64,000 bases of DNA, from NCBI GenBank assembly GCA_951406725.2, contig OX597814.1, positions 14,508,001-14,572,000 on the forward strand, given 5' to 3'. Positions 12,561-26,170 of this stretch are shown one piece after another. The first letter of the stretch is position 1. Every line of letters begins with the position of its first letter. The stretch comes from Octopus vulgaris. Lineage: Eukaryota. The notes under the pieces are model-generated. The model saw only the letters and a program-made list of their open reading frames with translations, was not told the DNA's origin and did not search any database. Both the position numbers and the translations under genes were made by a program.

Positions 12561-14007
12561 TCGATGTTTAACAAAGCCGGTTGATGAACCGTATTTATTC
12601 GTCTCTATTAAAATCTCCCCTAGCTAGTATATCAGGTATACAGAGAAAAGTTTATGAACCGAGGTGCACTAGTGAAATATGAACACAGAGTTTAAATACA
12701 ATTATCCGCCTGAAGACATACCTACAGCTGATTGTACGCTCGAAGATTTGGAATCGAACATGACAGACAGTATAATCAGAGAATTTTAACACATGTGGTA
12801 CATATTACCAGCTAGGTAGTTAGGGAAAGTTTGTGCTAAGTGTGTTTACAATTTCAATAGTACAACGCCTTTCACTGCACAGACAGATTCAGTGACAAAT
12901 GGAAGTATCGTTATTAGACTACCAATTAAGGAACTACAAGTTTTATCTTGGTATTTGGGACTACTTTATAGCAGTACTAGGCAAATGTCTAGTTCTTATT
13001 TCTTGCTGTATCCCTGGTGTTGTGTTGGATCTATAAAAATTCATTTCTTAATGGAAAAGCAATTTCGAACGTATAAGTTTACAAGTCTGGTACATTCGCA
13101 TGTATCTATTAAGGAGGCACGTATTATAAATTTATTGTCAATTTCCTATACAGAATTCCTGTAGTAGATTCTATGTAAATAATAGTAAAACGCATTATCT
13201 ATACAGCTGATTATCTTGTAAAAAAAAACACAATTAATATTCAATTCTCATTGTAGTGAACGTCGCACAGAGGATTATAAAATCTTAGGTGAAATTCTTT
13301 CCAACCAACAATAAACATTACTTAAATATTATTATTTCCCATTCCTCCTACACAGAAATAATTTTATTCATGACCATAATATTCTTTGAGATTTAATACC
13401 AATTTTATGAACTTTAAAAATATCAAAACGAATCTCAGGTTTATACCATTAAACTTGTTATTAGTTTCCATGCTCATATTTTTCTAAGAGTCCTGTAAGA
13501 GAGAGCTTTTCATCTGTCCGTATCATTAAGATCACTTCGAACATATTTTTCAGCGAATATAGCAAATAGCAGAACTGTCAATAGTTCATAAGTAATTCAT
13601 TATTTACTGCAAATATATTTGAATAATACACGTACTAAAATTCAATGAGTTATCAACCTATATTTATCGAGCTGTAATTCATGCTGAAGTATACATTTCT
13701 TTTTTCCAACACGATGAATAAAGCAAAAAGGTTATAAAACTGATGCTAATATATATTCTCTCATTATAACCATCGTAAAGCGACAGCTTAATGTCACCCA
13801 TGAGAATTCCAGCATCTAAAATTTTCCTGTTTCTATTTTGATAACATAACTTTATAGATCATAACACTATTATATTATGTTCAATGTTTCGATTATGTCA
13901 TCGATTTTATCCTAAAATAATTATGGAATGCAATTAAAAGAATAAACAACTGATTTCATTTACTTAGTGTTATTGATTAACACTCAAAGATACGTCGTAA
14001 CAGACAG

Positions 14008-14066
<59 letters not shown>

Positions 14067-14212
14067 TTATTGCATGACAAAAGACACGAGTTACATAATG
14101 ACTTTTAATAGCTTGGGGTTATTTCTGATATAAGTAAACGTGCAGCCAACGCTGGTGTGCTGATGTCTGCAAGATATTTTATAATTTCCTCCGGGTCATT
14201 TCCATGAAATTA

Positions 14213-14740
14213 ATTGGTTGGTTAAAAAGTTCGCTCGCTCTTTGTCGGCACTCAATGTCAAGAACCTTAATAAGTAACTAACCCCAGTCTGTCTGTCCGT
14301 TGCGCGTGCACACTCGTTAGATACTTGTTATTTCAGCGTGACTTGACGTGAACTTGCGACGTGAGTGGTTTTATCATGTATGCGCTAAAGGAAGAAAGAA
14401 AATTAACATTATCAACACCTTATGTTTTTTTATGTTTAGAAAAGTCGTGTGAGTGTGGTGGAAACTTGTTGGAAAGTATGCGTTATGTACAGAGAGAGGT
14501 TGCTGTTACGAAATGTATGTAACTGAAGGGATATAAAATATTTCTATCAAGAAAGAAGTTTTTCGGTTGGGTTCAAGAAGTAGGTCGTTTTCGCCAGCCA
14601 ACAAGGATTAACAGCAACAACATGAAGTAGCTTATCGACTCCAGCCACTTTATACAGTAAGGATGATCGTGGATATTCTCTAAATGTCCAAATCGAGTGT
14701 TGAAAGCCATCGGCATCAACTTGGATATTTCAAAAGTTAA
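14213..14740 (+). mobile_element. Mariner transposon 5' remnant
   Basis: TIR-like attggttggttaaaaagttcg, and a second-HTH-like translation YTVRMIVDIL*MSKSSVESHRHQLGYFK. Confidence 0.7.
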
Positions 14741-16189
14741 TGAAAACAATATCCTTCTTGGTCACATTCTTTGCCCCCTTTATCAAAATGCACTTATATC
14801 TAACTTCTCTATTACAAACGACACTAGGAAAATAAGACATTGATAAAGTTTCTGCATGTTGTTGTAATCGATAATGAAGTTAATTTTATTGTTACATTTC
14901 TTTATGTCAATATTTTATTAGTGTGTTATTGTGACAGAGAAATATCTATTCTATTCATTTCATTGTAAATGGTTCATTCTGGAGTTTTTTTTTTCTTTTT
15001 CCTATTTTGTATGCTTTGAGGGCGTATCTATTTTTGTGTTCACGGCCATTGTTTACATATTCTCCGTAGAGAAAGAAAACAACAATGCCGGACACAAAGT
15101 ATCTTTCTTTTTATATTTTGGCAAGAAAAATACACCCCAACCTGTTCAGAATATTCTTATTTCTATTAATCCGAATAAAATTTGTTTTTCTTCCGCTTTG
15201 AATAGTAAAACTTGTCAGAAATTAAATATGTAAGGACTAATAAGAAAATCCTCCTTAGTGAAAGATGAGCGGCTAATATATAGATAAACTACACTGCAAT
15301 ACATTTTTCTAGCTCCTCACATTCCTAGTTCAAACCGGACAGAGATGAACGTCACATTTCATACCTCATGGATCAAAAGATTTGCTACCAGTCATGTATT
15401 TGGCTTGAGTCGATGGCTTTGATTGGCCTTCTTTCTCAACATACCTTCTGCCTATATTAGAGACAATAATGCACACATACATGGATCCTTAAATTCATAC
15501 ATACTAGATGTAGACACATTATAATGCATATTTGTTTAAATCTGTTGTACGATATTCAGTTTCTCTCTTTTCATCTACAAATACATGTATGGGTGTGATA
15601 ATCTAAATGATGATTGCGCAAATTTTTCGTCAACATATGACAGAGTGTACTGTATGCACTCCTATTACTATTTTCCTCAGAAGGTCAGTAGTTATGGAGA
15701 AAAGGATTTGTTGACACTAACAACTTTTCTTCTACGCTGGTACTTTATCGACCACCAGCGATGAAAGGGAACGTTTACCTCGACCATTTTGGCACTCAAG
15801 GCGTGAACAGATGATATAAATAACGCAAGGAATATTTTTCGAATCTTTTCCTTTTGATGGGCAACTCGATTAATTAATTTTCTTTAACCAAACATTTTGA
15901 AACTTCGGATACTGGTAGAATGTGTCATATAGAACATCTTTTACTCTTAGCGTTGTTGAGAAAATTTTCCATTTTCGAAGTTATTTCGTGTTAAAGTTGT
16001 CGTGTTTCGGTAATTTCAACCAATCAATGACGTCTATTCAGCTGAATAAAATTACCGCTGTTTTTGTCAACAACTTCCGACGGTGTATATTTCGTTTGTC
16101 ACTGTTATCTATGATATATTTCATCTCAGTTACGTTCGTATTAATAAACAACTGTATCAGAAGCACGATTACTTCATGACACCACCATA

Positions 16190-16619
16190 ATCGTTCGTGC
16201 ATTTCTACTGCTTTTAGATCTTTTCCTGTTTTTCAGCTACTATTTTCGGAAGACTTCCTCCCCACCTCCATTTTCTCGCAAATTATTGTTTTTGTTTCAA
16301 TTTTTTGCCAAACAATCAGCTCTCCGCATACGGAGATTCCGGAAAATTGCCAAAATTCGGAATTTTGAATTTTTTTTTGTCCCCTTCACCCTCCCCTCTC
16401 CAATTTCTTCATTTTTCACTTTTCCCTAACCCTAACCCTAAAACTCCAACCCTAACCGCTTAACCCTAACCCCAACCCTAATCCTAATTCTAAAACCCTA
16501 ATCCTAAAAACCATAACTCTAACTCTAAAACCATAACCCTAAAACTCTAACCCTAACTCTAAGTAGAACAATTGTTGCAATTTTTTTAAAGCTAAAACCA
16601 GTACAAACGCACGAACGAT
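16190..16619. mobile_element. MITE-like element with 28-bp inverted repeats and internal degenerate (CCCTAA)n
   Basis: atcgttcgtgcatttctactgcttttag (16190-16217) versus ctaaaaccagtacaaacgcacgaacgat (16592-16619), 3 mismatches. Telomere-like hexamers at ~16424-16562. Confidence 0.7.
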
Positions 16620-16990
16620 GTTCATCAGTGAACTTATTATTAATTGAACATTAGCATTCTCGACCAGTAATTATTTTGACTCTAATGAGAAAAGACTTCA
16701 TGTTGGATGGAATTAATTATAATACCTAGAGTTTAATCAGCGGATTGTATGTTATGTTTGACGAAGTAAAATATATAATTTACCGGACAAATGGTTTTTG
16801 CCAGAGAAATATAAAATGCATAAGTAACTTGGGAGATAAGGAAGAAAGATTGAATGATGAAAATAGGAGTTGATGGGAGGGAGTCACTCAGAGTGTTAAG
16901 AAAATAAGAGAAAGGTCTCAAGATTTGAAAAAAATATGAGAATGGAATACGTATTCACAAGGGGTCACAATACAGATATATAAACACACA

Positions 16991-17381
16991 AGTGGAGGCG
17001 CAATGGCCCAGTGGTTAGGGCAGCGGACTCGCGGTCATAGGATCGCGGTTTCGATTCCCATACCGGGCGTTGTGGGTGTTTATTGAGCGAAAACACCTTA
17101 AAGCTCCACGAGGCTCCGGCAGGGGGTGGTGATGATCCCTGCTGTATTCTTTCACCACAACTTTCTCTCACTCTTACTTCCTGTTTCTGTTGTACCTGTA
17201 TTTCAAGGGGCCGGCCTTGTTACTCTCTGTGTCACGCTGAATATCCCCGAGAACTACGTTAAGGGTGCACGTGTCTGTGGAGTGCTCAGCCACTTACACG
17301 TTAATTTCACGAGCAGGCTGTTCCGTTGATTCAGATCAACCGGAACCCTCATCGTCGTAACTGACGGAGTGCTTCCACTAA
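16991..17381 (+). mobile_element. tRNA-derived SINE family D (tail type 1) with TSD
   Basis: A box tggcccagtgg, B box gtttcgattcc. TSD atataaacacaca at 16978-16990 and 17382-17394. Near-identical to 37496-37886. Confidence 0.9.
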
Positions 17382-17942
17382 ATATAAACACACAGCACGC
17401 AGGAACATACTCACGCATGAACAGAAAAACAATATATATGTAAATGTAAGTAGACATAAAGAATATATGTAAACTTTTATTTACATAAATGTTTATAAAT
17501 GTTCATGTGTATATGTATAAGTTTCTTGGCTTTTTTTATAGTGTTTCCATTTCCTAGCTTTTTACCATATGCGCAGCATTTATTTTACATTCCTAAGTCG
17601 TTTTCTAACTGCTACCACACTATAACAATACTAGTTTATTTAGAATCTACCGGTTTATTCTTCAATATATGGAAATTGTTGTTGCAGAATTATTGACATT
17701 TAGAATATTTTATATGTTTTACTGTATATGTGAGTGGGAGAGACAAAATTGAATTTATATACATCAAGCATAATCTTTACTCCTAAATAAGCAGAAAAAA
17801 GTCCAATACATTTATTTTCTGCGTATTGATAATGCAGACGTTATAGAGTCAATGCATATTACCTTACATTATTGACATGTAAATTTTAGAGAAACTTTGG
17901 CACTAATTCAGTTTACAGAACTCTTAATTGATTTTTTGTCGT

Positions 17943-18149
17943 CTAGTCGAAATACGTGTTAAGCAGACTTGGAATTCTTTTGTGTAGATATCGGTCTTCC
18001 GGTACTTTGGAACGGGACGTTGTTAATATGATTATGCTATGGTCTGAGAAACTTGTAGGTTTCGCTTTTACGTTGTATAGAAGTTTGATAATGTTTAAGA
18101 CGGAAAGATCTAGATAATTCTTATTTATGGTTTTCTTAGTGTACATCAT
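17943..18149 (-). mobile_element. Possible APE-endonuclease remnant of a LINE
   Basis: ORF has YT....YLD... and TSFSDHSIIIL, matching the APE C-terminal LD..SDH pattern. Confidence 0.4.
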
Positions 18150-18377
18150 TTTTACATGAAAAGTGTGTTTGTGAGATTCTCTTTTTACTGAAGCCGTAAG
18201 AAGTGATAAGTAATTCTGACTCTGACATCTGGAAGAACGTACCTACACGAAAGTTCTTGATTGATTTTCCCATAGTGAGAAATACATGATTCACTATTTG
18301 GAAACTTAACTCATAAAGTGACAGATTAACAATTAATAATAATAATAATAATAACAACAACAATAATAATAATAATA

Positions 18378-18422
<45 letters not shown>

Positions 18423-18470
18423 GTTAGTTTTATTGTTATTGTTATTATTATTAATAATATTATTATCATT

Positions 18471-19026
18471 ATGCCCTGATGCAGTACCAGGCAGTGGCTC
18501 TCATCGCTTCTGATCTTAACTGATTGGAAGTGTTATCATGTACATTGTTTTCTCTTGGTATTAAAGATGGGTTAGAGCAAATATTTGGCTCAATACCAAA
18601 AATTGGCTTGCCAGTTGCTTGACCTTAACCAGTTGAGCATGTCCCTTAGTGGCTAACGATATGTGCATCTCTGATCACAAGTAGAAGTAGTGGTGGAGCA
18701 TCAGAGCCATGTATTGAGAGGGATTCTTTGGGGTTTGAATAATTCACCTCTGGAAACATGGGTGTTTCGTTCAACATCCTTAAATAACCCTTATTCAGGG
18801 ACCTTTTGAGCGGCATGGGTTACTCGACCAGAAGAAAATTCTAATTGGGCCCCACCTACAAGGTCATGTGCTGGTTATCTTGATATGAGATCACCATGTC
18901 GCGCACATATGGTTGTGAAGCATGTGCCTGGTGTACCCTTATCAGACGGGGAGTCATGATGGATATACTGGGCTTCGTATATTTTACTCTAGTGTCACTT
19001 TGATGGCATGCACTGCTCTCTCACTC
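18471..19026 (+). mobile_element. ~555-bp (AAT)n-associated repeat
   Basis: Colinear with 9570-10125. An internally deleted copy follows at 19081-19268. Confidence 0.9.
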
Positions 19027-19081
<55 letters not shown>

Positions 19082-19286
19082 TGCAGTACCACACACTGGC
19101 TCTCATGGCTTCTGAACTTAACTGATTGGAAGTGTTATCATGCACATTGTTTTGTCTTGGCATAAAAGATGGGCTACAGCAAATATTCTACTCAATACCA
19201 CAGATTTGCCTGTCAGTCGTTTCACCTTAACCAGTGTCACTTTGATGGCTTGCACTGCTCTCTCACTCAATAATGATAATAAGAGT

Positions 19287-19652
19287 GGTTCCAAATTTTG
19301 CCACAAGGGCAGCAATTTCGAGGTAGGGAAAAATTCGATTACATCGACCCCAGTCTTCAACTGATAATTATTTTATCTAACCCGGAAGGATGAAAGGTAA
19401 AGTCGACAATGGCGGAAGTTGAACATAGAACACACCAGCATCGGTTGTCAAGCGATGGAGGGGGGCAAACACAGTGGCACACATATATACATATATATAT
19501 ATACGACGGGCTTCTTTCAGTTTCCGTCTACCTAATCCACTCCCAATGCATTGGTCAGCCCGTGGCTATAGTAGAAGACACTCGCCCAAGTTGCCACGCA
19601 GTGGGACTGAACCCAGAACCATGTGGTTGGTAAGCAAGATACCACACTGCGC
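19287..19652 (-). mobile_element. Fused SINE fragments (family B 3' part and family C 5' part)
   Basis: 19287-19430 matches family B and 19430-19652 matches family C. Confidence 0.75.
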
Positions 19653-19716
<64 letters not shown>

Positions 19717-19989
19717 CAACAACCACAATAACAGCAGCGATATTAACAGCAACAACAACAATAAAGAATAAACCAATACCAACAGCAATTGCTCACCAGA
19801 AATAATGACATGAAATTTTACCAGCAACTGAGCAATAAAAATAAAAAAACAGGAGAATAAAGTGTGTCGAATGCAGAAGCAGCTAGGAACATTTGGTTTA
19901 TATTTGAAGAAATTCATCATAAGAGGGTGAAAGGAAGGCAGACTGGTAATAGAAATTTAAAAATGAATCGTAAAACAGATTAAAACATG

Positions 19990-21140
19990 AGAACATAACT
20001 TTTAGAGATGACAAATTGAATGTGATGCCTAAGAAGAGAATTGGAAAGGTCATGGTGCCAGATGGTGTTCAAGGATTTTCACTAAAATCTATGTGCAACT
20101 ACATGCAACTGTTTTTTTATTGCCTATAGATAATGGACTATCAGCATTGATGACAAACGTAAAGACAGTCCTAATGGAGAAAGACCAAAAACAGGGATAG
20201 GCAATCAATATTTAATGACGTATTACGCGTTTCTTATTACTCTATAACTTACTAGCAGTATCGCCCGGCGTTGCTCGGGTTTGTAAGGGAAATAACTATA
20301 TAAGCATTTTTAGAGATGTAAAGTATAATAGCCATCTCAATATGGCTAACCACAAAGGGGGGGGGTGTTACTGTAGCTTTTTACGTTCTGAGATTTAATA
20401 ATAAATTTTTAGAGAGTTACTTCCCTTATATATGCCAAAAATGCATTAAACAATGGGAAAATTGATGGTAATTTTTTTTTAAATCGTAAACTCATCGTAG
20501 ACGCGCGCTAATACCGAGAAGGGCTCGATATGAATCACGACTATAAGATACTCGGTTTTGGTTAAACTGCACCGCAAAATGTGGGAGTAGTTAGGAATCT
20601 AAATCGTAGGAGACAGACAGCACACAACCTCTCTTTTATATATAAAGATTAACTGTCTTCATAGCGATACATGAAGTATCATATATGGTTTCCTGGGGGT
20701 AAAAGAAACTATCTATTAATTGAGGAACAAAAGGGACGCAGGTCTGCTGTCTATTGACACCATGATATCAAGTGACGTTCGAATATGGAAGATGAGGCTA
20801 AGCTGTTGACAGACTGCAAGATAGCTTGCGATGATATTCCATACTGCTGGCTCTTGAAGAACCCGAAGTTGCATGGAGTTAATAAGAAAATGAAATTTTT
20901 TAATTTTGTTTTTGTTTTGTTTTGTTTTTAAGAAAAATCAATGAAATCATAGAAAATAGAATTAACATACTCAAACTAAACGTTATGAAATGTTAAAATA
21001 TACAAGTGGATATTCCAAGTAGACCCGCTCTTTCTATTACTGCGTTAATCACTCTGACAAGTATACTCAGAAAATACAGACCTGTTTGGTTGTCACAACT
21101 ATCATATATAAATGAACTTTAACAGTATACAAAGAGCAAA
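19990..21140 (+). pseudogene. Decayed R4/Dong-like reverse transcriptase interrupted by a Helitron
   Basis: Fragments KTVLMEKDQK, EEQKG, DCKIACDDIPYCWLLKNPKLHGV (DYKKAYD.VPH.W), IFQVDPLFL (GIFQGD.LSP) and LSYINEL*QYTKS (LLYMDDLKLY). Confidence 0.75.
20252..20648 (-). mobile_element. Non-autonomous Helitron
   Basis: On the minus strand it begins TC and ends with hairpin cccgagcaacgccggg plus CTAG, inserted between A and T. Homologous to 46070-46465. Confidence 0.85.
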
Positions 21141-23257
21141 AAATGCCTACATTCTCTAATAAAAAAAGTAGGGGTATCGAGCAAAGATATTTTTGCAGTT
21201 AAGGGTAACTATGTATGCAATATTGATAAAGAAAAATGGTCGAAAGAAAAATTCTGTCGGTATAATATTAGCACAGGATGCTATCATAACACTGCTCGAA
21301 AACAATGAGGAATATCTGCGGGGGTGGGGTTCTGTACGATAGGAGAATGCAAACAGAAATGACAGAACGTTGGCCATAATAGATCGCTGGAATAATTGAT
21401 GAATTCCTTTGTTCACTTCGCGGAGGCGGACACTGGGCATAACGCTATGTGTTAGAAAATTCTGCGAACCTTCATCTCAGTTTTTATTTGAAATGATGCT
21501 GAATAGTTAACTACAAATGGCTTTGTTGATTAGAAACATGAATGAATTATTAATGTGTTGCATTAACGTCAATGAATGTCAAACATAGAATAATTTTAAA
21601 TTTCAAAATTGCAGTAAATTCGTTAAAATACAATAATTATTAATATCAAAACTGTCTTCGAGTAATTTATGGCTGTTTTTTCATTCAGTGATTGTATTTT
21701 TATTTCTTTATATATTTAAAAATATGAAACATTTGTCACGACTTAAATGCTAAAACTCATTAAATATATTCAAACTAGCGATTATATACAAAACACATTT
21801 AAGCTTTGAAAGGTTGATTCAACTCCGTCTTATTTCATTCGATAAGGATTAACAGCTGTCAATTTGAAATTACTTTATCTTTCAAATACTTTGTTCTGTG
21901 ATTAGAGACCTGCAATTTTCGATGTCTTGAAATTTCAGCTGCATTAAAAATATTCCATAATGATTTTTAACCCAGTCACAAGAACAGCTATGTTCTCTAT
22001 AATTAAATCATTTTTATCACCTAACTTCACCACAAGTTTCAACCACCGTTAAGAAATGATAAAGTTTCAATAGGCCATCCTTGTGACATGCGATCGGTTT
22101 CTAGTTGAGAGATTTTTATTTTGTCCTTTTTTCACAATGGCAAGGCAGAAAGTTGAGTGTTCCTTGTCTACACCAGGATCATATTTCCTTGGAAAATTTA
22201 CACAAGATTGAAATCATCAGTGGATACCAAAAGACGAATTAAACATTTTCTTATTCGCATTCAAATACATAAATAGTCATGAAAATTTTTAGTAAAACTG
22301 GATATAGAAAACCGCATTATATTCTACTTGTTATCCGTTAAAAAGAACTCCATCTACCATGACTGTTTGATAGAGTTTAAAAGCTCAATATAGTATGAAA
22401 TTGACTCATGGGACACATGATAATCAAACAAGAGAGTTTGCCTATGCGAAGAACCTCTACATAATTTTTGTTTACCAAATTTCAATCAGCACTAGAAGGC
22501 ACTTATAAAAGGTGTCACGCTGCAGGACCAATTCTGGCACAAAATACATCTACTCAACAAATTTTAAATATGACATAATTCAAACTGACACTTGAGAACT
22601 GGTGAAATATTCCTTAATGATTTTTAACCCAGACACCAGAACAGCTATGTCTTTTATGATTAAATCATTTTATCGCTTAATTTCACCATAACTTTCAACC
22701 ACTGCTTGAACCCATTATGCGACCACCACCTGAAGGGCACAAAACGATCGAAAAATAAATATAAACAGTAAGAGAGAAGACCTACGACAACAAAAACAAA
22801 ATACAACCAAATTTCAGCGCCTACAACCAAACAGTGAAGGCAGAACCATAGCACCAAATAGCATAAACGTGAACTAAGTATTATCTGACCAAGTGTCAAA
22901 CCAAACAGGCAATTCTTTTTTACTAATTTATTTAGAAAATATGGAGGCCGACCTAAGCCAGGAGATCCAATGAGATATCAGCAACCATTTATGTAAAAGA
23001 CAAAGAACACACACCTACCACCAACTAAATACTCGCACACACACACACACACACAGCTCTATACATAAACTACCCTCATTACTACATAAAACATAACACT
23101 GAGCTCTTAGAACGATGCAAACATCAAACTACCCTTACCTCGACATTCCTGTTAAATGCACGTGGCATCAACCCAACCTGACCCCCCGCCCCGAAAAAAT
23201 GGAAGATCCCATACATAGAGAGTTGGCTTGCGTTGTTGTTTTTCTCTTTGTTCATGT

Positions 23258-23725
<468 letters not shown>

Positions 23726-24884
23726 TCTGTGTGTCTGTGTATGTGTGTTTGTGTGTCTGTGACATTTTGATAGATACAGTGATATGAAAACTTAGCAGAC
23801 ATAATCAGACACTTGACCAAGTTCATGATTGTTTCCAATTTCCGCTTGAAAGCAAATCTCTTCGTTTATTTCATTATCTCTCTAGACAAAATATGAATGT
23901 CACAACAAACTATTTCCTTCAAGGGTGGTTGTAGATTTATGAAAACTATGCTCTGTTTGTTGTAAAATTACAGCGGACCTCAATGTTCCCTGCGGGCTAC
24001 GTCTGAGAACTTGCTACACCTGCTGAAATCTCTTACGTTTCTTATGATATTCATACTCTGAACCACGTTATGGAGGCAAACCTTCCACATTCGTAACTCT
24101 CAACATAAAGCATCACTTTGTTAAGTAAGAGTATTGAGTGGTATTGATTTTCATAACATTGGAGTAAAGCCACTTATTTTTGAGGAATGGGATTATATAG
24201 TCAATTAAATCGAATCATTACCTGACTACACATTATTTTTTTAGATTCCATCTGAAAAGAAAATTTTAAGTTCAAAATTCACTTAGGTCAATTTTGCCTC
24301 CTGTTGTTCCCGGATCGTTTTCATTTTTCCAAAATTAAATTGCCGGTCGAGTTACTAGATGTAATAGATTATATCTCTCCTCAAAGTATGTGGCCTTGTA
24401 CGTAAGTTTGAAATCAATATAATTGTTGAGAAGGACGATGATTTGGAAGAATCGTTCGAAAGACAGACGAAATAGAATACAGCATTTCAAACGTCGCTTT
24501 AGGTTCTCACATTCTAATTTGATTATTTAAAGTACCTCCTTCCCCACAGAAAGCTCTAACTTATTTCATTTCGGACTCGAAACAGTGACATTATTCCGAG
24601 AAGAACATGTTGACGCATTTTTTTATTAAAATTGTATAAAATTAGAAATATTACATTTCTAAATATCTCAGAGAGATATAAGCAGTGGTGAACGATAAAA
24701 CAGTTGTATACTGTCAATTTAACGTGACAGTCCCATAAAGGGAATAACACCACCGCTATTTAGCCCTAGGAAGCATCAACGCTTCCTGTCGGCCTTTTTG
24801 TGATCAGTGAATTTACTTCACTGAAATTATATATGTTTGCAAAGTCTAGACAGGTATCTTCAACCTGCTAGTAAGCCATGCTAC

Positions 24885-24926
24885 TCCAGACTGATGACGA
24901 GCAAGACTCAGAAACACGTCTTTGGA
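24885..24926 (+). ncRNA. Type I hammerhead ribozyme
   Basis: tccaga-CTGATGA-c gag caaga ctc a-GAAA-cacg-TC-tttgga. 6-bp stem I (one G-U), canonical core, GUC site. Confidence 0.75.
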
Positions 24927-25700
24927 TGCAGGCTTAGCTGGATGGGGGTGCTTGTCTCCCCTTTGTAAACATGAGGACACAGGAAATGTGTCAAGGCCGA
25001 CAGAAAGTGTATAAAATTATATAATAGGAAATATAGAATTTCTAATTTTATTAGTAACAATAAGACCAATACCTTTCAAGTTTAAATATAAACCTGATTT
25101 ACTCGCTAACGATTCCATTCAAACAATCAATGTTATTAAGTTTGTCCAGTTTAAGTAACAAACCTCTCCATGAGAAATTTATATTGCTCAATCAGCATAA
25201 TATACGTTTGCTTTTCAAAATATTGCGATACTATTCAAAGAACAGAGCACTCGATAGAGCAAGTCCATTTCAAGAACTCGAACAGAGCAAGTCCATTTCT
25301 CTAATCTCAAGTCCATGTCTCTATTTAAACCAGCAAGTGTTTCGAGAGCTTGTAGTGCTAATCTTATGTCCAGCATTAAAGCGATAATTCTAACATCATA
25401 AGGCTGAAGTGTACTTTATATTCATAACAATCTAATTCGAAGGAGTTATTTGGTACTAACAGGGATTGCAAAGTTATGAAATATTTTTGTTTTATTTGGA
25501 AGATAAGAATTTTTCCGTATATCTTTACAACGGTATATTTGTTTAATACATATAAGGAGAAATCATCTCCAAGCATAATTTTGACTCACAAAAGTCACTT
25601 TATTCTAAAGTATTTTGAAATTTATAAACAAGCAATCATTCTTCATGAGCAAATACACACTAATAAATGATTATCAGTTCGAGCATTATAAGTTCGTGTG

Positions 25701-25783
<83 letters not shown>

Positions 25784-25786
25784 GCA

Positions 25787-26170
25787 CAGGCGTGGCTGTG
25801 TGGTAAGAAGTGGTAAGAAGTGGTAAGAAGTGGTTCCGGGTTCAGTCTCTTTGCGTGGAACCTTAGGCAAGTGTCTCCTACTAATCTCTGGGGGCGACCA
25901 AATCCTGGATGTGGCAGACGAAAACTAAAGGAAAGCCATATATATATATATGTATGTATGTATATGTTTCTGTGTTTGTCCTCCAACACTGCGCTTAGCA
26001 ACCGATATTAATGTGTTAACATCCCCGTAACTTAGCTATTTGACAGGAGAGAACTGAATAAGGGCCTGGCTTGAAATAATATTTTCTGTGGTCTATGCGT
26101 TCGACTAAATTTCTCTTAGGTGGTGACACACCATGACCGCAGTTTAAAGACCAAAACAAGTAACAGATAC
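25787..26170 (+). mobile_element. SINE family C, diverged
   Basis: caggcgtggctgtgtggtaagaag (triplicated tggtaagaag)..ttaggcaagtgtctcc..ttcgactaa. Confidence 0.8.

Noticed and set aside
16993-17070. tRNA-like sequences at SINE heads as tRNA genes
   Set aside because: No complete cloverleaf or acceptor stem; they continue into repeated SINE bodies with TSDs.
25238-25322. Short repeats of cagagcaagtccattt
   Set aside because: Two or three irregular units from local slippage; not a CRISPR or regular array.
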